Below are positions 1 to 13,590 of a DNA stretch of 64,000 nucleotides, in pieces. Each line of letters begins with the position of its first letter. The first letter of the stretch is position 1. The notes beneath the pieces were generated by a model that searched no databases, had not been told where the DNA came from, and worked only from the letters and a program-made list of their open reading frames with translations. Source of the DNA: Dendrobates tinctorius (lineage: Eukaryota); assembly GCF_039654945.1 (NCBI RefSeq), contig NW_027361695.1:3968001-4032000 (forward strand), in the 5' to 3' direction. The position numbers were made by a program, and so were the translations under genes.

Positions 1-455
1 CTATTCTGCTGGTGCAGTCACTGTGTACATACATTACATTACTGATCCTGAGTTACATCCTGTATTATACCCCAGAGCTGCGCTCACTATTCTGCTGGTG
101 CAGTCACTGTGTACATACATTACATTACTGATCCTGAGTTACATCCTGTATTATACTCCAGAGCTGCGCTCACTATTCTGCTGGTGCAGTCACTGTGTAC
201 ATACATTACATTACTGATCCTGAGTTACATCCTGTATTATACCCCAGAGCTGCACTCACTATTCTGCTGGTGCAGTCACTGTGTACATACATTGCATTAC
301 TGATCCTGAGTTACATCCTGTATTATACCCCAGAGTTGCACTCACTATTCTGCTGGTGCAGTCACTGTGTACATACATTGCATTACTGATCCTGAGTTAC
401 ATCCTGTATTATACTCCAGAGCTGCACTCACTATTCTGCTGGTGGAGTTACTGTG
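1..455 (+). repeat. 86-bp satellite array, cut by window start
   Basis: Tandem unit CTGCACTCACTATTCTGCTGGTGCAGTCACTGTGTACATACATTACATTACTGATCCTGAGTTACATCCTGTATTATACTCCAGAG; track ORFs recur every 86 nt (23, 109, 195, 281). Confidence 0.95.
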
Positions 456-859
456 CTCTTACTTTGTCTATGCAGGTATAGGCTCAGCAGCAGAGGATAC
501 ATTGTAACACTGTACAAAAAGTGTAAAAGTTCTTATAAAATGTACATTCTACTAACAGGAGGTGAATATAGCTGAATAGCAAGAAACACTATTCAAAAAT
601 ATTCTTTGCTATTCTCCTAGTAAGTGAATATGACTGGTGAAAAATAAACCTTATATTCTGTGAGGCGATGGTAACATCCTGCTCACAATACCCTGATGTG
701 GAACCACTATAGTGCCACCTCTGGAGCCTTTCCTTCTGCATGCTATTTTGTGTCTCCATTCACATCACCATTTCAGCTGAAGAGGGGTGAACAGAAATGC
801 AATGAAACAACCTTGTAAACTCCTCAAAATTGTGACTTCTGCTGCTGATTTCTCTTACA

Positions 860-1065
860 ACCAACCAATGAACAGAAGAGCTGGAGCTAGTAGGTGTGGG
901 TGCGGAATTTACTGCTCGTCTCCTACTCTGTGATTGGTACCTACTACATCATTGTGCTGAGCTTTATCTTGCTCTCTCTGAGTCATGGAGGATGGTTTAA
1001 ATGGCAAGCCGAGCTTTATAACAGCTCAAGTAACTGGAGAAAGTGAGGGAGTCAGAACACACGTT
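860..1065 (+). promoter_or_regulatory. Putative PROK2 proximal promoter
   Basis: CCAAT near 865, ATTGG near 933, TTTATAA near 1016-1022 and CACGTT at 1060-1065, upstream of the ATG at 1218; motif matches only. Confidence 0.35.
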
Positions 1066-1217
1066 CTTCAGCTCTTGCAAAGCCACCAAGACTTCTCCTC
1101 AGACCCATCATCTCCTGGACATCGGTTCTTCTGTTGAGTACCTGGTCTCATACAGACATCCCCCCGAGGAGCTTCTCTGGGATATACATCATTCCCATCT
1201 CCGTCTTCATAGTTATT

Positions 1218-1298
1218 ATGAGAAAAGTACAGTCACTGTCACTCGTCTTTGGCGTTTTCCTACTCCTAACATCTGGAGAAACTGCAGTCATCACTGGG
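1218..1298 (+). CDS. PROK2: Prokineticin-2 coding exon 1 (signal peptide + AVITG)
   Basis: MRKVQSLSLVFGVFLLLTSGET-AVITG, then donor GTAAGT at 1299; hydrophobic signal peptide plus the invariant prokineticin AVITG. Confidence 0.93.
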
Positions 1299-4200
1299 GT
1301 AAGTACCAAAAAACTTCTCCAAAATAAAGAAACATTTTTAGAAGAAGACTGCTACCTAATCTAGACCAGGGTTTATTTTCACCATATATTATGCATACCA
1401 GCCACGTTCTTTGAGAAGAGCACTTTTTATTCTCGACAAGGTTTTCACCACCAATATTAGTTATCTTCTTTTAGAAGACAATGCTCCTAGAAGACAACTT
1501 TTCAAGGCAATTGTTAACGGTGGCTTCAAAGAGGTATTACCAAGACGTTCTATTAGACTCTTGTTGATCCTAAAAATAGTGTTTTTTTTCTAGAATGACC
1601 TGCCTTTGGTTGAGATCTTCTCTTGCACACTGGACACTTTCTTTGAGACAACCACCCCTAATCTAGACAAGGTTTTTAATTTCACTGTTTTTTTATGCAT
1701 AATGTCCATCATTTTCCAGGTTCCTATCCCGCTAGAAGAACACTTTTCAGTGCAATTGTTGATGGTCATCTTGTTGAGGTATTATTACGAAATTCTATTA
1801 AGTCTGTTAGACTCTTTGTGATCATACAAATAGTGTTTTTCTACAATGTCCTGTCTTTGGTCGAGGTCTTTTCTTTGGGTTTCACAGTGGTGGTGGTTTT
1901 CCCCTATAGTTCTTTGAGGTCCTTTTGTTTGTGTCTACTTGATACCAAAAGATCCATATATTGTTTGTAAAGTGCCAAGGGTATCATTTTTGGTCTAAGA
2001 ACAAGCAGTTTGTCATTATTAGAACTTTATGGGGGACTTTAAATTATCTATATACTTTATGGAACATTTTTCCACCCATTGTTCATTTGAAGAACTACTT
2101 CAAGCCTAAGCTTGTACTCGGAAGGCTTAGGGATTACCGAATGGATGAAGAATCCGTAACATCCTCTATCTCAACTAGAACAGGAGCATTATCTCATCCA
2201 ACAATCCTACCACTGATGTTTACTAAAAAGATGGATGACCAGGTCACCTGTAATTTTTGTGTCCCCTAGCTTTTTGTCTGGAAACCTAGATCTATAGGTC
2301 TTTTAGTTCCCCTATAGTTCTCCGATACCCAAATGCACTGGGATCCCATGCTTGCATGGCCTAGAAGCCAAGAATTTGGTGTTGACTCTGGTGCCAATTT
2401 TAATAATGTTCCCAAAACCCATATGGAAATCCATAATCACAGACTGGGGAAAACCAAAATGGTGTGACTGGTTTAATGGAAGACTGTAGATTAATTTGGG
2501 TCTTTCCTATTCTTACTAATTGGCTAAATGTAGGTACATAGACTTTATATCAACATTTTGGCTACCTAGTCTATATTTGGTTTACGAGACCTCTTGCTAC
2601 ATGTGTGTTCTGTTCTTTTTTGATTCTACTGGGATTTTACTCCTTGGATTTACCACTTTCTATGTAAACACTCAGCCTCTTGCTTGACTCGACTTCCACA
2701 ATTGAAGAGTCATTACATTCTCTGGGAGGGTTTTTAAAGCTAATTATGATTAATCATAGGCTTTGTGAAAATTGATCTAGACCGATATATTAAACCACAC
2801 ACAACAAAAAAAAAATCTAAAAACATCAATTAAAACAAAGAGGGCAATGAAAGAACATCATCCGGGTGAGCAAATGGACTAATATTGGTCACAAATCAAC
2901 TATATAATAGAATGGGTTACAAATGAAGGATCAGTTGAGAATTGATCATATCAGAGGTTCTATGCCATAGATCTCCATTACTATTTAATAAAGGATATTC
3001 TGCAAAATAAATATTTTGGTTACTAAAATATATCCAGATGTCTGTATCTCCGCTAAATCCTGGATTTAGGAAAATTTCGGGTCAGAGAACACAATGTTAC
3101 ATGGAGTGTAAAGCAATTATGGAGGGAGGACAAGTAATATTAACACATTAATGCATTCACTAAATAGCTATTAGTAAGGAGCTAAGGAATATTGTGATTT
3201 TACAGTAATAATTCAGTAAAATTCCTCCAATCCGGCATAACTAACTAGGACCCGAAAGATGCTGGGTTTTGGCTTGTCATAAAAAATAGAATAAAATACT
3301 AATCTAAAATATGATAGTATTTTTTTCATCAGTCTCATTTTTTTTTTGCTTCATATATTTGCTAGAATCAAGTTCCAGACTATTAGAATTTTTTAGCAAT
3401 TTCTGGGTAATTTGGTTATTTTACTTATTTTTTTATTCAATTGTTTTTATTTTTATTTTGTATTCTATTATTTATTTAATCATTATTATTACTTGTTATT
3501 TATCCATGGTAAGTGATGACACCTAGGACGAGCTATGACTGATTTTGTGCAACCATTATTTGGTCTGCAATAGACTATAACTGCTCATTATATAGTGGAT
3601 TAATATATATTATATAGGGGGGGGGGGTTCTATGAAAAGTCGGGAGACACCAGAAATGCGGGAAAGGTCAAGGAATAGGTAAGGAGAAAGTTTTCCACAA
3701 GAGGAGAACTTGGGGATAGTTTTGATTTTAAGACCAGCAATGAATGGGTAAATGGTCAAATCCACATGTCTGGGTTATTTGTGTAATCTGAGCGACCATT
3801 ACTTTAATATAATATGTGATGCAGGGAAGAAACATTGCATAGATAGGATAAAGTGTTCCCTGCATATTTATAGTGCTTGTTACAAGCTTCATTGGTTTCC
3901 TAGAAATCCACTTTACATATTGCGCTTGAGACAGTCTCAATGACACGTGCTGATGATATGTGCTGTTTAAAGAAAAGGCCAAGATGCCACATCTGTCCAT
4001 AGGTTCTGTCTAGTATTGCAGCTCTGCTCCATCAAAGGAATATTCTGGGATTTTTTAACATTTGCCCAGAAGCAAAGAATGATCTAAAATAAAGAAATAG
4101 GTATTACCTTGGAATCCCCTGCATCTCCAGCATTGCCACTCCTGTGGTACTGGAAGTGATGATGTCATGTACATCTATCATATGACCGCTGCTGTCAATC

Positions 4201-4489
4201 ACAGTCCTCAGAGGTCACATGCCGTACATGAAAACATGATTGGCTACAGCAGTCAGGTAACTTCATTTGCGGTGGCGCTAGAAACCAGAAAGGCTGATGA
4301 ATCAAAGAGTGAATGATGCTAATACATTTTACTTCTGGGCAAAATTTTACATTTTTTAGATAACACAGAATTCACCATTCACATTAGTCACGGCTCACCT
4401 CCTTCTCCTGTACAGACTAATAAAACCTCTATATACAGAAGATAACACAGAATCCAGTAATCACCATAGGTGATGACACAACTCAACTC

Positions 4490-5290
4490 GCCACAGTCCT
4501 CCATACAGTATAATGCACTCCCCACAGTCCTCCATATAGTGTAATGCACTCTCCACAGTCCTGCATACAGTGTAATGCACTCCCCACAGTCCTCCATATA
4601 GTATAATGCACTCTCCACAGTCCTGCATACAGTGTAATGCACTCCCCACAGTCCTCCATATAGTATAATGCACTCCCCACAGTCCTCCATACAGTGTAAT
4701 GCATTCTCCACAGTCCTCCATACAGTGTAATGCACTCCCCACACTCCTCCATACAGTATAATGCACTCCCAACAGTCCTCCATACAGTATAATGCACTCC
4801 CCACAGTCCTCCATATAGTATAATGCACTCCCCACAGTCCTCCATATAGTGTAATGCACTCTCCACAGTCCTGCATACAGTGTAATGCACTCCCCACACT
4901 CCTCCATACAGTATAATGCACTCCCCACAGTCCTCCATATAGTATAATGCACTCCCCACAGTCCTCCATATAGTGTAATGCACTCTCCACAGTCCTGCAT
5001 ACAGTGTAATGCACTCCCCACACTCCTCCATACAGTATAATACACTCTCCTCAGTCCTCCATACAGTATAATGCACTCCCCACACTCCTCCATACAGTAT
5101 AATGCACTCCCCACAGTCCTCCATATAGTATAATGCACTCCCCACAGTCCTCCATATAGTATAATGCACTCCCCACAGTCCTCCATATAGTGTAATGCAC
5201 TCTCCACAGTCCTGCATACAGTGTAATGCACTCCCCACACTCCTCCATACAGTATAATGCACTCCCCACAGTCCTCCACACAGTTTAATG
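4490..5290. repeat. 30-bp minisatellite in PROK2 intron 1
   Basis: Tandem CCACAGTCCTCCATACAGTATAATGCACTC variants; source of repetitive minus-strand ORFs. Confidence 0.93.
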
Positions 5291-5550
5291 CAGATTGTAA
5301 GCTTGCGAGCAGCGTGACCCTCATTCCTCTTGGTATCTGTTGATTTCATGGAATCATAGACTCATAGATTTATGTGATTATTGCTATGCTGTAATGTCTT
5401 TTGTCTGTAAAAGTCCCCTCTAAAATGTAAAATGCTATGGAATATGTTGGCGCTATAGAAATAAAATGATGATGATGATTATTATTATTATGCACTCGCC
5501 ATAGTCCTCTATACAGTATTACGGCCATCACAATTTTCTCATTGATGTAA

Positions 5551-6309
5551 AGGGAATCTGTCACCCACTGGAAGATTTTTACGCTGTTAATATGGGCATA
5601 CAGGTGATAGGACTATTTGGACAATTCTACCTGTATGCCTCATTGCTGTGGTCTTACTATTGAGAAATCATCTTATAATCCTGTATGTTAATGAGTTCTT
5701 CCAGGCTCCGGGGCGTGCGGTGCCTGAAATAAAATTCTGCCTCTGGTGTCCATTTCTGTGCCACCCCCTCCCATCAGTGTCACAGTGCCCTGTGACGTGT
5801 ACCGATAGTCCCTGAAACCCGCGCTTGCGCCCTGCAATAGTGCGATTTATACTTATCTTTTCTGCCCTTGGCATTGACTCAATTGTTCTTCTGCGCAGGT
5901 GCAAGTGAGTCACTGCTACTTCAGTTGCACTTCATTAGCAGTGACTCGCCGACACCTGCGCAGAATAACAATGGAGTCAATGCCAATAGAAGGGCAGAAA
6001 AGATAAGTATAAATCGCACTTTTGCAGGGCGCAAGCGCGGGATTCAGGGACCATCAGTACACGCCACAGGCCACTGTGGTGCTGATGGGAGGTGGGGTGG
6101 TACACAAATTGACACTGGAGGCAGAGTTTTCTTTCAGGCACCGTATGCCCTAGAGCCTGAAAGAACTCATTAACATACAGGAATAAAAGATGATTTCTCA
6201 ACAGCAAGACCGCAGCAATGAGGCATACAGGTATGAGTGGTTGAACAATTGTATCACCTGTATGTCCATATTTATAGCTTAAAACGTCCCAGTGGGTGAC
6301 AAATTCCAT
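5551..6309. mobile_element. Palindromic MITE, T2/Kolobok-like
   Basis: Ends AGGGAATCTGTCACCCACTGG / CCAGTGGGTGACAAATTCCAT, TTAA-like flanks, internally self-complementary around 5940. Confidence 0.75.
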
Positions 6310-7019
6310 TTAAAAAAAACAACAATACTCACCTGTCCTCTTCATTCCGGTTCCCCCGCTGCTCCTGTCTCTGCAGTGTGTGTTCTGAAGAACCCGCACA
6401 TCTCGGCACAGCGGGCACCATGTAGTGACGTCATCACACCTGCTGCACTGAAGCGCCAGATGCCAAGGAAGAATGATAGCGGAGGAAGCAGTTGATGCCC
6501 CCTCTCTCATCATTGCTTTCAATTGTATCGGTGCACAGGATGCCGATACAGTTGAATGAGCGATGACGGGTGGAGGACCCCGTTGCTGACGCTTACCCCG
6601 GCCACCCTGGGTTCGCAGGCCCTATAGTAATCGTGTGGCGTGCTGCTATTGCCGGTACGCCGCCGTTATAGTTTTGTTCAGGAGAGGAGTGTGAGTTTTA
6701 GGCATTGCAGCCGTACAATAAAAAAATAAAATCAAATGTGAAATCAACCTTACATAGCTTTGCTATATTTGTTGAATTGTATGGTATTTCTCTTTGTTTA
6801 TTTTTATTTTTTTTAACCTTTCTACAAAACTATTAATGGTTGATTAATAATATTATAAGCAACACATTCTCCATTCATCTTTTTCTGATCTGAATAGGTT
6901 TTTGTAGTTTGTTTTTTTTTGCCGCAGTACAAGGACTACGCACATAATGGCATCCCTTCAGACTTTTGTTTCATGATGCATTTTGTTTTTTCATTCTTTT
7001 TTTTTTTTTTTACTTTCAG

Positions 7020-7145
7020 GCATGTGAAAGGGATCTACAGTGCGGAGGAGGGATGTGCTGCGCTGTCAGCCTCTGGATAAGAAGCTTACGGATGTGCACT
7101 CCTCTTGGCAATGAAGGGGATGACTGTCATCCATTAAGTCATAAA
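7020..7145 (+). CDS. PROK2: Prokineticin-2 coding exon 2
   Basis: Polypyrimidine tract + TTTCAG acceptor; [42 protein letters not shown] (126 nt, phase 0); donor GTAAGT at 7146. Confidence 0.96.
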
Positions 7146-7552
7146 GTAAGTGCTCGTCGATAATTAATTGTCATCGCTACTAACTCTTCATAATTGAGGA
7201 TTGAAACACCAAACAAATTGACTTTATTGGCGGTGTACTCGAGCAATTGAAGGACTCGTGCTCACAAATGTATCACTGCTCAATATACGTGTATGGGGTA
7301 TATAGAACGATACTAATAGGTCTTATTTATTTCAAGAAAGAGCATAGGGGCTTCAGTCATCTCCAGCCTCTATGCACATGGCTATAGATGTGTATGGGGC
7401 CCAAAGGACCATACACAGACCAGGTCTAGAAATACATCACCATATGGCCCCTCAATATGGAGCAGTGCAGGTTCTATGAACCATAGTACATGTGCCATAA
7501 ATTGGAACAATATACGGTAGGTCCCATAACCCTCTATGGAAACCCCATATTA

Positions 7553-8108
7553 GGCTGGTTTCACATTTGCGCTTTTGTGCGCAGCGCATCGTGCGCACCC
7601 GTGCGCATGCGCACTGCGCACCTATGTTTAACATGACGTGCGCATGGTCTTGCGCACACTTGCGTTTTCGTGCGCATGCGTTTTTTTGTCTTTTGCGCCA
7701 GGCGCGCCAGACGCAACATGTTGCATTTTTTGGTGCGCCCTGTCTCGGCAAAAAAACGCATGCGCACGCTTGCGCACGGAATGCGCAAAAACAACACATT
7801 GAAGTCTATGGGAACACATGCGTGCGCATGGTCTTGCGCACGGTTGCGTTTTTTTGCGCATGCGTTTTTGAGTGAAACAAGTCTAGAATGTTCTCTAGAC
7901 AATGGAAAAAATGTCACACCTAAAAACGCATGTGCATAAAAAAACGCAAACGCATGCAAAAACGTATGTAAAACGCAAGCAACGCTGTGTTTTTTTGACG
8001 CATCAGCGTGCGCATGACGTAAAAAAAGCGCGTTTCTTTTGCGTTTTTTTTTTGCGTTTTTTATGCGCACGATGCGCTGCGCAAAAAAACGCTAATGTGA
8101 AACTAGCC
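7553..8108. mobile_element. PIF/Harbinger-type MITE
   Basis: TIRs GGCTGGTTTCACATT / AATGTGAAACTAGCC, TTA on both sides. Confidence 0.8.
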
Positions 8109-8527
8109 TTACATCAGCCAAGTACAGGAAATTCCCAGCCAGAACCCTCAGAATAGTATAGATATATACATATCAGGGGCTGACACTGACAGATTGGGGC
8201 CTCTGTGCAAAAAAAATGTCTGGGCCCCCCTCATTGCCCGGAATGTCGCTTATGATAAGGACATTCCGGCCATTGGACCTCCGGAGCCTCTGGCTCCGAG
8301 CAACAGGCCAGATTGCCCTCATTATCACCGCCCTGCAAGCCAGGATGTATATAGAGTTCACAGGGCACCATAGCAACAGTTCTATTTGGGCTCCCCGCAC
8401 CTCTAAGATATATACATTTATATTTTGTTCACTGAGATGGAGATATCTATCTCCGTTATGATATAACAGCGCAGAGGAAACACTGTAGTGACATCATACA
8501 TTGGTCCACACAGTATAATGAGCACTA

Positions 8528-10136
8528 CAGTGGGGAAAAAAAGTATTTAGTCAGCCACCAATTGTGCAAGTCCTCCCACTTAAAAAAATGAGCGACCTGT
8601 AATTGACATCATAGGTGGACCACAACTATGAGAGACAAAATGAGAAAACAAATCCAGAAAATCACCTTGTCTGATTTGGCAAGATTTATTTAGCAAATTA
8701 TGGTAGAAAATAAGTATTTGGTCACCTAAAAACATGCAAGATTTCTGGCTTTCACAGACCTGTAACTTCTTCTTTAAGAGGCTCCTCTGTCCTCCACTCA
8801 TTACCTGTAGTAATGGCACCTGTTTGAACTTGCTATCAGTATAAAGGACACCTGTCCACAACCTCAAACAGTCACACTCCAAACTCCACTATGGTGAAGA
8901 CCAAAGAGCTGTCAAAGGACACCAGAAACAAAATTGTAGCCCTGCACCAGGCTGGGAAGGCTGAATCTGCAATATGCAATAGGCATGCAGCTTAGTGTGA
9001 TGAAATCAACTGTGGGAGCAGTAATAAGAAAATGGAAGACATACAAGACCACTGATAATCTACCTCGATCTGGGGCTCCACGCAAGATCTCACCTCGAGG
9101 GGTCAAAATGATCACAAGAACAGTGAGCAAAAATCTCAGAACGACACGGGGGGGACTTAGTGAATGACTTGCATAGAGCTGGGATCACCGTAACAAATGC
9201 TACCATCAGTAACACACTACGCCGCCGGGACTAAGATCCTGCAGTGCCAGACGTGTCACCCTGCTTAAGCCAGTACATGTCCGGGCCTGTCTGAGGTTTG
9301 CTAGAGAGCATTTGGATTATCCAGAAGAGTTTTCGGACAATGTCATATGGACTGGTGAAACCAAAGTAGAACTGTTTGGTAGAAACAAAACTCGTCGTGT
9401 TTGGAGGAGAAAGAATGCTGAGTTGCATCCAAAGAACAACATACCTACTGTGAACCATGGGGGTGACAAATCATCCTTTGGAGCTGTTTCTCTGTAAAGA
9501 TACAGGATGACTGATCCATATACATGAAAGAATGAATGGGGCCATGTATCGTGAGATTTTGAGTGCAAACCTCCTTCCATCAGCAAGCGCATTGAAGATG
9601 AAACGTGGATGGGTCTTTTAGCATGATAATGATCCCAAGCACAACGCCAGGGCAAAGAAGTAGTGGCTTTGTAAGAAAAACGTATGAAGGTCCTGGAGTG
9701 GCCTAGCCAGTCTCCAGATCTCAACCCCATAGAAAACCTTTGGAGGGATTTGAAAGTCTGTGTTGCCCAGCGACAGGCCCAAAACATCACTGCTCTAGAG
9801 GAGATCTGCATTGAGGAATGGGCCAACATACCTGCAACAGTGTGTGCCAACCTTGTGAAGACTTACAGAAAACGTTTGACCTCTGTCATTACCATGTCCT
9901 TTATATATAACAAAATATTGAGATTAACTTTTGTTAATGACCAAATACTTATTTTCCACCATCATTTGAAAAATAAATCTTGCCAAATCAGACACGGTGA
10001 TTTTCTGGATTTGTTTTCTCATTTTGGCTCTCATAGTTGTGGTCTGTCTATGATGTCAGTTACAGGCCTCTCTCATCTTTTTAAGTGGGAGAACTTGCAC
10101 AATTAGTGGCTAACTAAATACTTTTTTTCTCTACTG
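8528..10136 (+). mobile_element. Tc1 transposon, degenerate full-length copy
   Basis: TA-CAGTGGGGAAAAAAAGTATTTAG...CTAAATACTTTTTTTCTCTACTG-TA; long TIRs; fragmented transposase ([25 protein letters not shown]) with stops and frameshifts. Confidence 0.93.
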
Positions 10137-10144
10137 TACATATT

Positions 10145-10660
10145 ACTCACAGTATGAGCCCCAAATATTGCTCCATACAGTATAATGAGCCCCATATAAT
10201 GCTCCATGCAGTAGAATGAGCCCCATATAATGCTCCATACAGTATAACGAGCCCCAGATATTGCTCCATACAGTATAATGAACTCAATATATAGCTCTAT
10301 ACAGTATAATGAGCCCCATATAATGTTCCATTCAAAGTGAGCCCCATATAGTGCTCCATACAGAATGGACCCAATATAGTGTTCCATACAGAATGGGCCC
10401 CATATAAAGCTCCATGCAGAATGAGCCCCATATAGTGCTCCATACACAATGGACCCCATTTAGTGCTCCATACAGAATGGGACCCATATTGTGCTCCATA
10501 CAGAATGAGCCCCATATAGTGCTCCATACAGAATGGGCCCCATATAGTGCTCCATACAGAATGGGCCCCATATAATGCTCCATTCAGAATGTTCTCCATA
10601 CAGAATGTGACCCAAACAAAATGAACCACACATAGTGCTCCATACAGAATGGGCCTCATA
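10145..10660. repeat. 28-30-bp minisatellite
   Basis: Tandem GCTCCATACAGAATGGGCCCCATATAGT variants. Confidence 0.85.
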
Positions 10661-10805
10661 CATTAAGAAAATAATCAAATACTTACCTCTCCCTTTTCCT
10701 GCTGTAGGGCCATCCTCCTCAGCATCTTTTGACTCCGTGCACTGCTCAGCGCAGAGGACACACTGTAGTGACATCATATTGCCCTCTGCCCTGAGACGTC
10801 AGAGA

Positions 10806-12352
10806 ATAAGATAAGATAAGATAATCCTTTAATCGTCCCACCATGGGGAAATTCAGAGCATTAAGGTACTGTCACACTTAGCGATGTACCAGCGATCCCG
10901 ACCAGTGATATGACGCGGTCAGGATCGCTGGTACATCGCTAAGTGGTCGCTAGTGAGCTGCCACACAGGCAGATCTCACTAGCGACATCGCTGGGGACGG
11001 TGGTCGCTACTTACCTGTCACACCAGGCGATCCTGCGTACTCCCGCCCGGCTCCACGCGTCGCTCGTCGTCACAGCAGGAAGCGCCGCAGGAAGCTGATG
11101 ACGAGAAACAGTCCTGGATGTTCTCGCACGATCAGCGATAACCAGCGGGGGAGCCGGTCGTAGGTAAGTATCAGACACAGCGATATCGCTAGCAATATCG
11201 CTATAACGTCACTAGTTATAGCGATATTGCTAGCGATATCGCTTAGTGTGACATGCCCTTTACAGCAGCAAGGCAGGAACAAGTACAGATACAGATGCAT
11301 AAAGGCATTACATGGACAGTAGGTAGGTACATATACGAAAGAAAAAAAAAAAAATGTAACCGGACTATCACAACTTTGGATCTATCAGTTCTCTGTTTGG
11401 GTCATTCTCCGTTTTGGACAGTGCTGGTTATACAGCCTAACTGCAGCAGGAAGGAAGGACTTTCGATAGCGCTCCCTCTCACATTTAGGATGAAGTAGCC
11501 GGTCACTGACAGTACTGCACATCTTTGTCACGGTCTCATTCATGGGATGGGAATCATTCTGCACCATGTAGCTCACCTTGGCCAGTATCCTCCTGTCGCC
11601 TACTTCCTGAACTGGGTCAAGGGGGCATCCCAGGACAGAGCTGGCCCTTCTAATCAGTTTGTCCAGCCTATTCCTGTCCCTGGTTGATATGCCACTACCC
11701 CAGCACGCCACACCAAAGAAGATGACTGATGCTACAACAGAGTTGAAGAAGGATGCAAGGAGTGCCCCTCTAACTCCGAAGGCTCTCAGCCTTCTGAGCA
11801 GATAAAGCCTGCTTTGGCCCTTCCTGTACACTGCATCCAAGTGATGGGCCCAGTCAAGCTTATTATTGAGGATCAAACCAAGGTACTTATAGGTGTCGAC
11901 TATCTCAATGTCATTTCCCTGAATGTTCACCACTACTGGTGGATTTTTGCCCTTGCGAAAGTCCACCACCAATTCCTTGGTCTTCCCGGAATTAATCCTA
12001 AGATGGTTCCTCTGACACCACTCCACAAAAGCTTGGTTAGTATCTCTGTACTCTCTTTCATCTCCTCCTGTGATGAGGCCTACTATTGCAGAGTCATCAG
12101 AATACTTCTGCAAGTAGCAGCTAGATGAGTTGCACCTAAAATCCGCAGTGTACAGTGTGAAGAGAAAAGGGGCAAGAACTGTACCTTGAGGTGCCCCTGT
12201 ATTGCAGATCACTGTGTCCACACCAATGCCCGGCCTGTAGGCAAACTGGAGAGGGTCCATATCCGAGCTCACTAGAGGACGGAGACGTGTGAGAACCAAT
12301 CTCTCTAATACCTTCATCAGGTGTGATGTCAATGCTACAGGTCTATAGTCAC
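10806..12352 (-). mobile_element. Rex1/Babar-like LINE, 5'-truncated
   Basis: Minus ORF with DYRPVALTS, QFAYRPG, GAPQGTVLAP, YSDD, YKYLG; 3' end in (CTTAT)n tail at about 10806-10823; interrupted by a MITE. Confidence 0.85.
10865..11258. mobile_element. Harbinger-type MITE in the LINE 3' UTR
   Basis: TIRs GGTACTGTCACACTTAGCGAT / ATCGCTTAGTGTGACATGCCC; same family as 24652-25496 and 54134-54479. Confidence 0.75.
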
Positions 12353-13214
12353 AAGATGCGTAAGCGATCGGACCTGTGGAGGAACAGGGGGAGGTAAGAA
12401 CATGGGGACATGGGGGGCCCGATGCCAGTGATAACCCATGGGCCCCGACACGCACCTGACGGTGATGCCAGCCCTGCCTGCAAGGGTCCCCCCTCTACCT
12501 CCGATGCAGCTGCAGTATGTCCGCCCCAATATATAGGTAGACAGACAATCAGGCTGGGAAGGGCCAGATAACCATGGAGCTTCCCAGTCTGATAAAATAA
12601 GCCCACAGCTGTCTGTTTTACCTTGGCTGGTTATGAAAAATACTGGGACCCCACGTCATTTTTTTAAAATTATTTATTTAATAGGTTTAATAAGGTTAAA
12701 CACCCTTTAGTGCAACATGAAAGGCATTAAAGAATGAAAGTTTATTATATGTAGGGGGCTTGTGAAATTATATATCTACAGAATATCTATCTATTTCTGT
12801 ATATAAGATTGCTGTATTAGTTTGTAAACTAGCTTTAAATTACATAGAGAATTATAATATGTAAAAGTTGATGTTAAAAATGCATGTCATACGGATGCAG
12901 GTGAGGGAAAAAAAATTGCACGCTCGCATGACATAAGTTGAACCATACAGATTCCACTCGTCCAACTTTTCTGGAGCAGAATCGGAGCTATTTTTTATAC
13001 GTTAATGTGAGTGAGCCCTTATGAACAGAGTTTGCTCCAATCATGGCAGTTTACACTCTTAGAAGCCGCTGTCAATCGTGACCGCGGCTTTAAAGAGGTT
13101 GGAAATGGTGCCCCTTCAGATGCCCCTAGATGCACTGTAATGTGATTTGCAAGGTGTGAATTTTATTGTCATTGCAAATGTGGGGCCTACTGAAAGTTCC
13201 TAGGTCTAGGTTCC

Positions 13215-13590
13215 TGATATGCATGGTCCCGTCACTCTCACCCCCCCTTTCCTGTTATGCATACAATACATATGCATGGTCCCCTCACCCCCTTTTGCTG
13301 GTATGAATGGTCACCGTCACCCCCTTTCCTGGTATGCATGGTCCCCCTCACCCCCTGTCCTGGTATGCATGGTCACCCTCACCCCCCTTTCCTGGTATGC
13401 ATGGTCACCCTCACCCCCTTTCCTGGTATGCATGGTCCCCCTCACCCCCCTTTGCTGGTATGCATGGTCCCCTCACCCCCCTTTTCTGGTATGCATGGTC
13501 CCCTCACCCCCCTTTGCTGGTATGCATGGTCCCCCTCACCCCCCTTTGCTGGTATGCATGGTCCCCTCACCCCCCTTTCCTGGTATGAAT
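13215..13590. repeat. About 32-bp C-rich minisatellite
   Basis: Tandem GGTATGCATGGTCCCCTCACCCCCTTTCCT variants. Confidence 0.88.

Noticed and set aside
4388-5349. Cys/Gly/Tyr-rich ORFs resembling keratin-associated proteins
   Set aside because: They are three-frame translations of a 30-bp minisatellite
11094-11115. CTGATGA-CGA-GAAA as a hammerhead core
   Set aside because: No flanking helices, and the related MITE copy near 24815 reads CTGACAA, so the core is not conserved
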